A stretch of 64,000 bases of DNA from a virus. The notes beneath the pieces were generated by a model. It saw only the letters and a program-made list of their open reading frames with translations, was not told the origin of the DNA and ran no database searches. Location of the stretch: the IMG/VR virus record IMGVR_UViG_3300028908_000009, positions 2,786-66,785 of that record. One strand, written 5' to 3'. Shown here piece by piece: positions 17,040 to 25,975 of this stretch. A program made the position numbers and the translations under genes. Within the stretch, counting starts at the first letter, position 1. Every line of letters starts with the position of its first letter.

Positions 17040-17237
17040 TCAGCCCTTCTTCTTCTTCCGACCCTTGTTGAGCTTCTTCAGGGTGATGGCGAGCCGGGCG
17101 CGCTTCCCGAGCTTGCCGCCCTTCTTCGCCGCCTTCTTCAGCTTCGAGGCCGGGATCTTCTTTCCCTTCGGCACGCCGAGCTGCTCGTGGAGCGCACCGG
17201 GATGCTTGATCGCCTTCTGGATCCACTTCTTGGCCAT
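17040..17237 (-). CDS. Small Lys-rich phage protein
   Basis: MAKKWIQKAIKHPGALH..LG..KIP..RARLA.TL; GAGG RBS. Confidence 0.8.
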   Translation of the reverse strand: MAKKWIQKAIKHPGALHEQLGVPKGKKIPASKLKKAAKKGGKLGKRARLAITLKKLNKGRKKKKG

Positions 17238-17241
17238 GATG

Positions 17242-17571
17242 TCACCTCTTCTTCTTACCCTTCTTCGCCGCCGACTTGTAGACGGCCTTCGGGTTGCCCT
17301 TGTAACCCGCCCGACCGACGGCCCGCATGATCTGCTTCGTCCGGGGGCCGAGCTTCTTGTCCTTCGTGGGGACGTTTCCCGCATCCACGGTAGACGAGGA
17401 GGAGCCGATCCCCTTCGTCAGTCGCCGCCGCTTCACAGCTCCCCCGACGGTCGCCGAGCCGAAGCCGCTGTTCGCCAGCTTCTTCACGTCCTTCGGGTTG
17501 AGGTTTGCGATCCGCTGGGCGGCCTTCTTCTGCTGCCTGGTCCTGAGCTGGACCTTCTTCCTCTTGGCCAT
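17242..17571 (-). CDS. Small Lys/Arg-rich protein
   Basis: GGAGG RBS, 109 aa, very basic. Confidence 0.75.
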   Translation of the reverse strand: MAKRKKVQLRTRQQKKAAQRIANLNPKDVKKLANSGFGSATVGGAVKRRRLTKGIGSSSSTVDAGNVPTKDKKLGPRTKQIMRAVGRAGYKGNPKAVYKSAAKKGKKKR

Positions 17572-17580
17572 GATGCCTCC

Positions 17581-17772
17581 TCATCTCAGCCAGCCGGCGC
17601 AGTACGCCAGGGCCAGGAACGCGAAGCCGAGAACGAACAGCCAGGTGATCAGCTCGCCCCACGGCACGGCGTGCCGTGTCGGTTCGGGCTTCGCCGGCTT
17701 CTCCACCTTCACGTCGTCGTCCGGGAGCCCGCGCCCCCGGATCCACCACCTCGGGTCGAACATCCTTCGCAT
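17581..17772 (-). CDS. Small membrane protein
   Basis: GGAGG RBS; C-terminal hydrophobic helix. Confidence 0.6.
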   Translation of the reverse strand: MRRMFDPRWWIRGRGLPDDDVKVEKPAKPEPTRHAVPWGELITWLFVLGFAFLALAYCAGWLR

Positions 17773-17774
17773 CG

Positions 17775-18035
17775 TCACCTCCTGTCTTCGAGCCGGGCCG
17801 TGTTGCGTTCCACCGCCCGGACGAGGGCATCCAGCTTTCTGTCCAGGGTGTCCAGCTTGTGCAGTATCTGCCGCTGGTCCTCCGTGTACCGCGCCACCGG
17901 GAGGTACTTCTCCGCCACCTCCGCCCGGGCCTGGAGCGTGCCGACCCGTATGCCGACCAGGAAGGAAGCGGCAGTGAGGGCCACCATCACGATCGCCGGC
18001 CAGTTTCCGTTGAGTCGCACCTGCTGCTTCGTCAT
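17775..18035 (-). CDS. Membrane protein with coiled coil (possible lysis accessory)
   Basis: N-terminal TM helix then heptads. Confidence 0.6.
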   Translation of the reverse strand: MTKQQVRLNGNWPAIVMVALTAASFLVGIRVGTLQARAEVAEKYLPVARYTEDQRQILHKLDTLDRKLDALVRAVERNTARLEDRR

Positions 18036-18050
18036 CTCTCGCTCTCCCGA

Positions 18051-18311
18051 TCAATCCACCTGGTCGTAGATGCGCTCGAAGATGTCTCCACGAACGGGCC
18101 AGACGTCTCCGAACTCCCCGAAGCAGACGTAATCCCCGGGGCGGGCGATCGCCGTCCCGCTGGGCGTCTTTACCCTGAGGAGGCCGTCGTCACCGACTTG
18201 GAGGTACTCGATCATGTAGTAGCAATCCGCGACCTCGTCGGGGATGGTCTCCCCGTCCCACCGGAAGGCGTGAACGATGGCCGGCTTCTTCATGTAGCGC
18301 TTCAGGGACAT
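18051..18311 (-). CDS. PGDYG-like phage protein
   Basis: KKP.IV.A.RW..TPSG...ARPGDYV..G.VWPV..IFE.IY. Confidence 0.75.
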   Translation of the reverse strand: MSLKRYMKKPAIVHAFRWDGETIPDEVADCYYMIEYLQVGDDGLLRVKTPSGTAIARPGDYVCFGEFGDVWPVRGDIFERIYDQVD

Positions 18312-18784
18312 TCGTCGTACCTCTCCGGCAACCGTCTCCAGTCGGTGTCCGGCTGCCACTCGTAGCAGGGCTTCTCGCACTGGGTCCTGTGGCCCCCGAT
18401 GCAGTTCCCCTCGTGGTCGGTTGTGAGGCACGGATCCCAGTCGCACGCCTCCAGGCAGGCGTGGGGGAGGATCTCCACCGAATCCGAGGACCAGGCACTG
18501 CACCCGACGTCGTTGCACGCCCTGGCGACGAAGCCGGAGCCGTCGTTGATCTCGTCGCATGGGGTTCCCGAGACCAGGTAGGTCGTGGAGCCGTAGACCG
18601 TCGCGCAGACCTCCAGCGTGGAGGCGAGCGCGATCTCGTACCGCGTCGCCCCGGGGGAGGGGTCCCAGGACAGCTCCTCGTTGCCCAGGACCCCGTCCAC
18701 GTCGTCGGAGCAGGCATGGTCCTGGCAGCCAGCCAGGACGGGCCAGGGGACGAGGAGGGCCAGGAGGAGCGCGAGGAGCCGCAT
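18302..18784 (-). CDS. Cys-rich exported/lipoprotein with FN3-like domain
   Basis: Signal peptide ending in LAGC lipobox; LSWD..GA..YEI..A.N..G.S.WS pattern. Confidence 0.7.
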   Translation of the reverse strand: MRLLALLLALLVPWPVLAGCQDHACSDDVDGVLGNEELSWDPSPGATRYEIALASTLEVCATVYGSTTYLVSGTPCDEINDGSGFVARACNDVGCSAWSSDSVEILPHACLEACDWDPCLTTDHEGNCIGGHRTQCEKPCYEWQPDTDWRRLPERYDECP

Positions 18785-18787
18785 GGT

Positions 18788-19336
18788 TCAGTCCTCCAGG
18801 TCCACCGGCGGAGCCTTCGCCAGCGCCCGGGTCTTCTCCTTCGAGCCCAGGGAGGACCCGAACCAGAAGGCCATGATCCGGGGCACCTCGCCCGTCAGGA
18901 CGCCGAGCAGGGTCGTCGAGAGCCCGAGGACCCAGGACGGCACCTCGGCCAGCCCGCCCGCCCGGAGCTGGTCGAAGAGGCCGTACAGGATGGCGAAGTA
19001 GCCCCCGACGAACAGCGCCGAGAGGGTCACCTGCGGCCACACGTTCACCCGGAACATCCGCCGCGCCGACGCCCGGTCCTTCACCTCCAGGGCCGCGAGG
19101 TCGATGTCCAGCTTCCGCATCTCGGCCTCGAAGCGCCGGTCGATCTCCCGGAGCTTGACCAGCACCTCCGGGCCCGAGGTGAGGATCGCCTGCTCCACTT
19201 CCTCCGGCGAGGCGTCCGGCTTCCCGAGCACCTCCCGGGCGATGGTCGCCGTCGCCATCCCGGCCAGCGGCCCGCCGAGGGCCGAGGCGAGGGCCGGCGC
19301 GACGGAGGCGAGGATCCGCTTCAGCCTAGGACGCAT
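18788..19336 (-). CDS. 3TM (GTA-type) holin
   Basis: APALASALGGPLAG..DRASAR..FWFGSS.GS signature. Confidence 0.8.
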   Translation of the reverse strand: MRPRLKRILASVAPALASALGGPLAGMATATIAREVLGKPDASPEEVEQAILTSGPEVLVKLREIDRRFEAEMRKLDIDLAALEVKDRASARRMFRVNVWPQVTLSALFVGGYFAILYGLFDQLRAGGLAEVPSWVLGLSTTLLGVLTGEVPRIMAFWFGSSLGSKEKTRALAKAPPVDLED

Positions 19337-19613
19337 TGATCGGGGCCTCCTCCTCCGGCAGCTCCAGCGGCTCCGGCGAGGGCAGGTCCTCCGGCCGGGT
19401 CGTGCCGGCCAGGCGGAATCCCTCCGCCGCGTCCGCCAGCCGCTGGCGCAGGGCCTCCTCCAGGACGGCCACGAGCGGCTGGCCGAAACCGCTGGCCGGT
19501 ACCTCGAACTGCACCGGGATGACGCCCTCGACGGGCATCCCCTCGTCGGGCCGGACGGCCACGTTGAACGTGATGACCGCGTTGATCGGGTCGAGAACCT
19601 TCTCCTGTGCCAT
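19326..19613 (-). CDS. Hypothetical protein
   Basis: GGAGG RBS before MAQEK. Confidence 0.65.
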   Translation of the reverse strand: MAQEKVLDPINAVITFNVAVRPDEGMPVEGVIPVQFEVPASGFGQPLVAVLEEALRQRLADAAEGFRLAGTTRPEDLPSPEPLELPEEEAPINAS

Positions 19614-19621
19614 GAGTCCTC

Positions 19622-20662
19622 CTATCGCCGCGTCGAGCTGGCAGGCTCGGCGACGAGCTGCACGTAGTCGATGTAGACGGTCTGGTCGGCCGGGGGGTTG
19701 TTGCCCGTCTCGGCCGTGAACGGGACGACGTAGTAGGCCGTCGTGGGATCGAAGTAGTCCGTCGTGCAGGAGCCCACCTCCGTGCCATCCCGGTAGAAGG
19801 TCACCTTCGACTGGGAGGTGTCCCACTCGATCTGCCAGCGGTGCCAGTTCTCGTCCACCGGCCACTGCGTGGAGAACTCCCCGTGATAGCTCTCCGTCGA
19901 GGACTTCCAGCAGTAGATGTGGCCGTAGGCGGGATCCTTGAACTGCCCGGTGTTGGACAGGAACTCGATCACGGCCGACTTGTTGGATGAGCAATCACCG
20001 CCGATCATGCCGGCACAGAGCCCGATGTGGGCCTGGATGTCCGCCGGCTGGCTCGTCCCGGAGGCGTCCAGCTTCAGCAGGACGTAGAGCGTCAGCTTCG
20101 AGTAGTCGCCCGGGACGACCTGGAACGGCCGGTCCTCACCGGAGCCGGGGGATCGCAGGCCACCGTCGTCGTTGTCGCCCAGGACGAACTTCAGGACCCC
20201 CAGGTGCCCGTCCGAGCTGGTCGCCGTCCCCGGCTCCAGCATGGCGGAGGACGACGTGATGTTGCTCGGGTGCCACCACCAGCGGAACTCGCTGGACTCG
20301 ACGGTCTGCGCCGTCCCCATCGAGGCGTTGGCGATGGAGTCCACCTGGAGGAAGTCGTCGTGCAGGATCGGCGTCTGGCGCATGGTCGCGGCCACGCCGG
20401 TCCCGCTGAGGCAGTGCATCTCCCCGCCCGCGTAGAAGCAGAGCTCCTCGTCGTCCGAGTCCACGCAGATGTCGCCGGTCTTCAGCTCGGGATCCGTCGT
20501 GGAATCGCCATCCACGTCCGTGCAGGCGGGAGCCGCCGGGACGGCGAGATGTTGCCGGACCTGGAGCAGGCGGTAGGCCCGCCGGCTCTTCGCTGGGGAG
20601 TCCGCCAGGGTCGGCGCGAGAGTGAGCAGGACCAGCAGGGCCAGGCTAACGAACCGTCGCAT
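19622..20662 (-). CDS. Exported protein with ConA/LamG-like lectin fold
   Basis: Signal peptide; D.NWHRWQIEW...VTFYRDG...VYIDYV jelly-roll pattern. Confidence 0.65.
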   Translation of the reverse strand: MRRFVSLALLVLLTLAPTLADSPAKSRRAYRLLQVRQHLAVPAAPACTDVDGDSTTDPELKTGDICVDSDDEELCFYAGGEMHCLSGTGVAATMRQTPILHDDFLQVDSIANASMGTAQTVESSEFRWWWHPSNITSSSAMLEPGTATSSDGHLGVLKFVLGDNDDGGLRSPGSGEDRPFQVVPGDYSKLTLYVLLKLDASGTSQPADIQAHIGLCAGMIGGDCSSNKSAVIEFLSNTGQFKDPAYGHIYCWKSSTESYHGEFSTQWPVDENWHRWQIEWDTSQSKVTFYRDGTEVGSCTTDYFDPTTAYYVVPFTAETGNNPPADQTVYIDYVQLVAEPASSTRR

Positions 20663-21230
20663 GGAAAACCCTCCTGTGGGTGGTGCCACCACCCGTCGTG
20701 TATTCCACGGTGAGAACGGGCCAGTAGCTCGTCGAGGAGCTGTCCACGGAGTGCGCCGAGAGGAAGTAATACTGGCCGTCGATGGACGGGGTGCCGGAGT
20801 AGCGGTAGCAGATGTCCGTGTTGCCCGTCGTCGAGACGGCCGAGGTCGGCACCGCCAGGTCCAGCTTCGTCGGGGAGGAGCTGGAGGTCGAGAGGCCCGA
20901 GGTGCTCTGGGAGGCCATGAACGTCATCGAGGCGTAGTCGTTCCAGTCCCCCGCCGAGAGCGGAGTCGAGAACTTGTTGGCCCCCGCGTAGAAGTAGAAC
21001 GTCCCCACCAGGCCGGAACGCCAGGCGTAGATCGTCAGGGTGGCCGAGGTGACGGTCGCCCCGGATCCCAGGGAGGACGTGTCGAACCCGAAGTAGCCGC
21101 GCCACTCGTAGACCGTTCCCGACCAGCGGGACTTGCCGCCATCCACGCGGCTGCCCGACGTATCCACGCTCACCCCGTTGAGGATGTACCCCTCGCGGTT
21201 GGTCGTCGGGTTGACCGTGAGCGTGGCCAT
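20646..21230 (-). CDS. DNRLRE-like beta-sandwich protein
   Basis: RGYFGFDTSSL..TVTSATLTIY ... P.LTVEY. Confidence 0.6.
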   Translation of the reverse strand: MATLTVNPTTNREGYILNGVSVDTSGSRVDGGKSRWSGTVYEWRGYFGFDTSSLGSGATVTSATLTIYAWRSGLVGTFYFYAGANKFSTPLSAGDWNDYASMTFMASQSTSGLSTSSSSPTKLDLAVPTSAVSTTGNTDICYRYSGTPSIDGQYYFLSAHSVDSSSTSYWPVLTVEYTTGGGTTHRRVFHATVR

Positions 21231-24200
21231 CAGTCACCCTCCGAGGACTGCGCGGCCCTGATCGTGTAGTAGATCGTGATCGAGAACTCGTCCACGGTGC
21301 CGGAGATGCTGGAGATGTCGAGCCAGAGGAACGCCTTGCGAGAGAGCGTCCTGTTCACCGCGCCCCAGTGGCTCTGAGCCGTCGAGCTGTTGGCCGTCTG
21401 GTCGGTGGACCAGAAGGCGTAGGGGGAGCTGGAGGCCCGGTCGGTGGACCACTTCAGGTTGAAGTTCACGGACGGGCTGGAGGAGCCCCGGACGCAGGTC
21501 ACGATCTCCCGGACGTAGATCCTGTCGTGCGTCTCCAGGAGGGTGATCGAGTCCCCGGACTGCGGCTCCAGCACGCTGACCGTGAGCTGCCTGTAGGCCA
21601 CGTAGACGGTCCCGCCGGCCTGGATGACCCTGTTGCCGGTCCACCCACGGGTGCTCACCTGCCCGATCCGGAGGCTGAGGGAGCCGGTGTTCGTCGGAGC
21701 GTTCGTAGATGACGAGGCCACGTCCTTGATCCGCGTGTCGGCCGCCCCGGAGCCGTCCAGCGTGCCGGACGAATCGACCGTCACGGTCCCGGTGACGGAG
21801 GTCGAGCCGGAGACCGAGGCATCCTGGATCGAGGGGGAGGACAGGGTCTTGTTGGTCAGCGTCTGCGTGTCCGTCGTGCCGACGACGGAGCCGCTGACGC
21901 CGTGGACGCCGGACGAGGCGTCGATGTGGGAGTCGATGTCCGAGTGGTCGTGGGTACCCGCCCCGGAGAGGTTCTGGTGGACGATCTTCGTCTCGTCCAG
22001 CGTGAAGAGGGCGTTGTCCCCGTGGGTGGCGTCGTCGTTCGCCACGACGATCGTCAGCCTGTCGTTGGCCGAGCGCAGCTTGAAGGTGTCGCTGCCGGAT
22101 GCCGAGGCCGTGTTCGTACCGTCGGTGATCGAGGCGTAGGCGTCGGAGAGGCCCCCACCCGCGTGGGCGTCCACGTAAGCCTTGGTGGCCGCGTCCTGCG
22201 CGTTCGTGGGGTCCGAGACGTTGACGATCCGCCGGGAGGCCACGTCGATCGTCGAACCGATGGACAGGTCGTAGTCCGTCGCCGAGGTGGGGGCGGTCGT
22301 CGAGAAGCGGATCTCGCCGGACGTGGCCCAGGCGTGGGCCGCCCCGAGCACCAGGTGCCCGGTGTTCCAGTCCCCGCCCGCCAGGTAGACGTTCCCCTTC
22401 GTCGCCGAGCCGAAGGACTGCGAGAACACCTTGATCGCCTGGCCGTCCGCCGGGGCCGTGGAACCGCCGGCAAGGTCCTCGACCTGGAGCCCGACGATCG
22501 AGGAGAGCGTCGCCCCCGAGGCGATCGAGGGGGTGAACGCCCGGAAGTGAACGGCGCTCGTGATGGTCGAGGTGTCGGAGAGCGAGAACTTGGCCTCGAC
22601 CGCGTGGGCGGACTGGTAGGTGTTCCCCTCGTAGATGGCGACGCCCGCCCGGAGGCCGATCGCCGTCCCGATCGTCGCGCTCGTGGCCCCGCTCTCCGAC
22701 TGGACCGCCGCCACCATCCCGCGCAGCTCCGAGCTGGTCTCGGTGACGTTCGAGTTGATGACGGCGAAGCCGGCCACCCCGGTGACCCCTCGCCCGTCCG
22801 CCGAGCCGCCGGAGATGCTGGCCTCGGCCTTGACGGCGTCCGGGTAGGTCACCAGCGAGGCGTCGCACTCGAACTGAACCTTCACCCCGTACCGCCACTG
22901 GTTCGCGCTCGCCCCGTTCGACTGGGTCAGACCGACGTGCAGCTTGCCCAGGGCCGACTCCGTGTCCTTGTCCCCCACCGTCACCCGGTCGAGCGCCTGG
23001 TCCGCCAGGTGGACGTGCCCGAGCGTGGAGCCCGCCGTCGAGCGCAGGACCAGGTCCTCCGAGTCCGCCGACCCGCCGTGCAGCGTCTGACCCCCGGAGC
23101 GGCCGGCCAGCAGCGCGTACTGCGGGTGGTCGTCGTCCGAGAGGCCGGAGAGAGCTCCGTGGTCCGTGGCGACGGCGGAATCGACGTAGGACTTCGTGGC
23201 CGCGTCCTGCGGATCCGTCGGGTCGGACAGGTTCACCCCGCGTCGGTTCTTGAAGTCCACCGTCGAGGACAGGATGGCGAAGTCGTAGTCGGTGGCGTTG
23301 TACGGCTCCGTCCGCGAGAAGCGCAGGTCCCCGGAGGTGGCCCAGACGTGGGCCTGGCCGAGCTGGAGGTGGCCCGTGTTCCAGTCCCCGCCGGCCATGC
23401 GGATGTTGCCCGACAGGCCGTCGAAGCCGTCGTCCTGGGCATCGACGAGGATCGAGTCGCAGGAGTCCCGGGCGTACTGCCCGATGTCGCCGACGTGCAG
23501 CCCCCGCACGTGATCCAGGCCGGCGGCGATCGAGTCCGGGGCCTCGGCCTCGAAGGCGTTGTACGTCTGGATCTTCGCCGAGCCGTAGATCGCCGCCAGC
23601 GCGTGGAACCCGTGGGCCGTCGTGTAGTTCGCGTGGTTCGACGCCTCGATCCGCGATGTGACGCCGATGGCCGTGGTGGCCGTCGGGTCGTTCGACCCAC
23701 CGACGGAGACGTAGGCGTAGACCGCCCGCGCCAGCGTGGCCGCAACGGTGGCCTGGAACTGGGCGTTCACGAACAGCGCCGACCCGCTCACGCCCTTGAA
23801 CAGCCGCTGGGCGATGGAGACGGCATACGGGTACGTCTCCGAGTTCTTCACGAACTGGGCGACGTGGAGCACGGAGTTCGGGTTGTTGGACCCCTGCTGG
23901 TCCTCGGCGCTGAAGAAGTACCGACCGGAGTAGACGTTGCTGGAGACGTAGGGGTCGAACTCGTCGTTCCCGGCGACCAGCCGGCCGGAGGTGTTGGGCT
24001 CCAGCCAGAGGGTCCCCTTCGCCGCGCCCGCCGTGGACTGGAGGGTCAGGTTCTCCGAGGAGCCGGTCCCGCCGTTCAGCGTCTGCCCGCCGGACCTGCC
24101 GGCCAGGAGGGCGTACTGGGCATGGTCATCGTCCCCCAGGCCCCCGAGCGCCCCGTGGTCGATGTCCGCCGGGTTCAGGCCGATCGTCAGCGTGTCCCCG

Positions 24201-24544
24201 CCGTCGAAGTTGCCCGGGTGGTTGTTGACCGTCTTCGTCAGCGCCCCGGAGACGAGCAGCTTGTCGTCGAGGTAACCGGCCTCCTGGTCGTCGTCGTCGA
24301 TCAACACCTCCCCCGAACCGACCGAGACCTGCTCCCGCGAGGACGAGATGATGAACCGATCCCGGCCGATCCGCATGACGATCTTGCCCACGCCACGCTT
24401 GCCGGTGGAGGTGTCCTTCCAGAAGGCCACCTCGCCCGGCCCGATACGGGGAATGGTATGACCGGTGTGGACAAGGAACTGGAGCGGGACGCGCTTCCGG
24501 ATCTCGCTGAGGAGCTGTTCGGTCGCGTCCACTCGCCGGGGCAT
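21230..24544 (-). CDS. Tail fibre/spike with tandem duplicated module
   Basis: 1104 aa S/T/G/A-rich; DAATK.YVD and DH..L.GL.DDDH.QY repeats. Confidence 0.85.
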   Translation of the reverse strand: MPRRVDATEQLLSEIRKRVPLQFLVHTGHTIPRIGPGEVAFWKDTSTGKRGVGKIVMRIGRDRFIISSSREQVSVGSGEVLIDDDDQEAGYLDDKLLVSGALTKTVNNHPGNFDGGDTLTIGLNPADIDHGALGGLGDDDHAQYALLAGRSGGQTLNGGTGSSENLTLQSTAGAAKGTLWLEPNTSGRLVAGNDEFDPYVSSNVYSGRYFFSAEDQQGSNNPNSVLHVAQFVKNSETYPYAVSIAQRLFKGVSGSALFVNAQFQATVAATLARAVYAYVSVGGSNDPTATTAIGVTSRIEASNHANYTTAHGFHALAAIYGSAKIQTYNAFEAEAPDSIAAGLDHVRGLHVGDIGQYARDSCDSILVDAQDDGFDGLSGNIRMAGGDWNTGHLQLGQAHVWATSGDLRFSRTEPYNATDYDFAILSSTVDFKNRRGVNLSDPTDPQDAATKSYVDSAVATDHGALSGLSDDDHPQYALLAGRSGGQTLHGGSADSEDLVLRSTAGSTLGHVHLADQALDRVTVGDKDTESALGKLHVGLTQSNGASANQWRYGVKVQFECDASLVTYPDAVKAEASISGGSADGRGVTGVAGFAVINSNVTETSSELRGMVAAVQSESGATSATIGTAIGLRAGVAIYEGNTYQSAHAVEAKFSLSDTSTITSAVHFRAFTPSIASGATLSSIVGLQVEDLAGGSTAPADGQAIKVFSQSFGSATKGNVYLAGGDWNTGHLVLGAAHAWATSGEIRFSTTAPTSATDYDLSIGSTIDVASRRIVNVSDPTNAQDAATKAYVDAHAGGGLSDAYASITDGTNTASASGSDTFKLRSANDRLTIVVANDDATHGDNALFTLDETKIVHQNLSGAGTHDHSDIDSHIDASSGVHGVSGSVVGTTDTQTLTNKTLSSPSIQDASVSGSTSVTGTVTVDSSGTLDGSGAADTRIKDVASSSTNAPTNTGSLSLRIGQVSTRGWTGNRVIQAGGTVYVAYRQLTVSVLEPQSGDSITLLETHDRIYVREIVTCVRGSSSPSVNFNLKWSTDRASSSPYAFWSTDQTANSSTAQSHWGAVNRTLSRKAFLWLDISSISGTVDEFSITIYYTIRAAQSSEGD

Positions 24545-24548
24545 CGCC

Positions 24549-25181
24549 CTACTCCATCACCTCCGGGCCGAGCTCGAACAGCGGCAGGGCGATCCGGGGC
24601 GTGCCGGCGCTGTCGATCACGAGCAGGTCCACGGCCACGCGCCCCGAATCGACCCAGCCTCGGAAGGAACCGCCCGAGCCGGTCAGGAGGTAGTGAAGGG
24701 AGGACGCATTGTCCCCCACGGGGTCCGTGTAGATCGTGACGTCGGACCCGTCCCACGCCGGTTGCGCGGTCGGGTCCGAGGCCGTGTCCGCTCCGAGGCA
24801 CAGGACCCAGTCCCCCTCCGAGGCGCTGATCGCCGAGGACAGGTTGAGCTGGACCGTGCCGGTGGCCGAGTCCGGGTCGGTCGCCTCGTTCGTACCGAAG
24901 GAGGCGATCTTGCGGATCCGGTTCATGTTCGGGATGAAGAGGGAGGAGGAGCCGTAGTCCGTCTTCTCGCAGAGGATGACGTAGTCGTTCGCGGCGAACT
25001 CCGCGTAGCTGCCGACCGGCAGGGCGGTTGCCTCGGAGACGTCCGAGGCCACGGCCGAGCCGAGCTGGTAGGGGTAGACCCGCCAGCCCGAGCGGGCGTA
25101 GAAGGTCTGCCACGGCCCCGGGGTGGCGATCGTTCCCCGGAGCAGGGGGAGGGAGATCAGGCCGGCGAACAGGGGAGCCAT
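24549..25181 (-). CDS. Putative tail/structural protein
   Basis: Clean ORF in structural operon. Confidence 0.65.
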   Translation of the reverse strand: MAPLFAGLISLPLLRGTIATPGPWQTFYARSGWRVYPYQLGSAVASDVSEATALPVGSYAEFAANDYVILCEKTDYGSSSLFIPNMNRIRKIASFGTNEATDPDSATGTVQLNLSSAISASEGDWVLCLGADTASDPTAQPAWDGSDVTIYTDPVGDNASSLHYLLTGSGGSFRGWVDSGRVAVDLLVIDSAGTPRIALPLFELGPEVME

Positions 25182-25183
25182 CG

Positions 25184-25975
25184 TCAGATCCTCACCGTGT
25201 AGGTCGTGTCAGGCCGCCCAGCGAGGTTCCAGGAGCGGGAGACCTCCATCGGGATGATGCCGCTGTCCGTCACGCGGTCGATCCGGGCGGCGGCCTGGCG
25301 GGCCCCCCGGAGGGCCTCCTGGAAGTCCCGCCAGAAGGTGGCGACGACCGCCGGGTTGTCCCGGTGCTTCCGCTTCACCACGAAGTATTCCCCGCCCGCG
25401 ACCAGGGCCTCCCGCATCTCGGGCGTGAGGAAGAGGGTGTCCTGGCTCCCGAACGCCGCCACGCGCCGGAAGTAGGGAATCTCGATCCGCCGGACCGTGT
25501 CCCCGTCGATCGGTGGCCAGAGATGGACCTCGTCGTCCTCCGGGGAGGCGATGGAGAGCAGCTCCGGGATTCCCGAGGCCGAGGAGGTGTTCCGGCTCGT
25601 GTAGCTGCGGAAGAGGAACCAGGGGGCCCAGGCCGGGAACTTCACGACGTTCCCGTCCTCGTCGTAGACCTTCGCTCCCCGTGCCGGCCAGGCCCAGTCG
25701 TCCGGCAGGGAAAGGACCTCCGCGTCGTCGGTGAACTCGGTCTCGCCGGGAGAAGAAGCGGCGTAGGTCCAGGTCGCCACCGTGCGGGCCGAGAGCCAGA
25801 TGCCGGCCGCGTTCATCCGGGCGGCGGCCCGGTGGAGACAGGCCATCGCCTCCTGCCGGGCCAGGGGGTTGTCCTGTTGCCCCAGCAGGGCGGCCACCTC
25901 CGAGACGATGGCGTCAACCGGCTCCAGGTTCGGGGCCGTCCCCTCCGGGGGCGTCGGGGTCAGGCGATCGCTCAT
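25184..25975 (-). CDS. Head-tail adaptor (tubular protein A-like)
   Basis: LSLPDDW...VHLWP.....IEIPYFR pattern; synteny. Confidence 0.7.
   Translation of the reverse strand: MSDRLTPTPPEGTAPNLEPVDAIVSEVAALLGQQDNPLARQEAMACLHRAAARMNAAGIWLSARTVATWTYAASSPGETEFTDDAEVLSLPDDWAWPARGAKVYDEDGNVVKFPAWAPWFLFRSYTSRNTSSASGIPELLSIASPEDDEVHLWPPIDGDTVRRIEIPYFRRVAAFGSQDTLFLTPEMREALVAGGEYFVVKRKHRDNPAVVATFWRDFQEALRGARQAAARIDRVTDSGIIPMEVSRSWNLAGRPDTTYTVRI

Noticed and set aside
21230-24544. Diversity-generating retroelement or invertible fibre
   Set aside because: No reverse transcriptase or invertase; repeats differ at synonymous sites, not adenine-specifically
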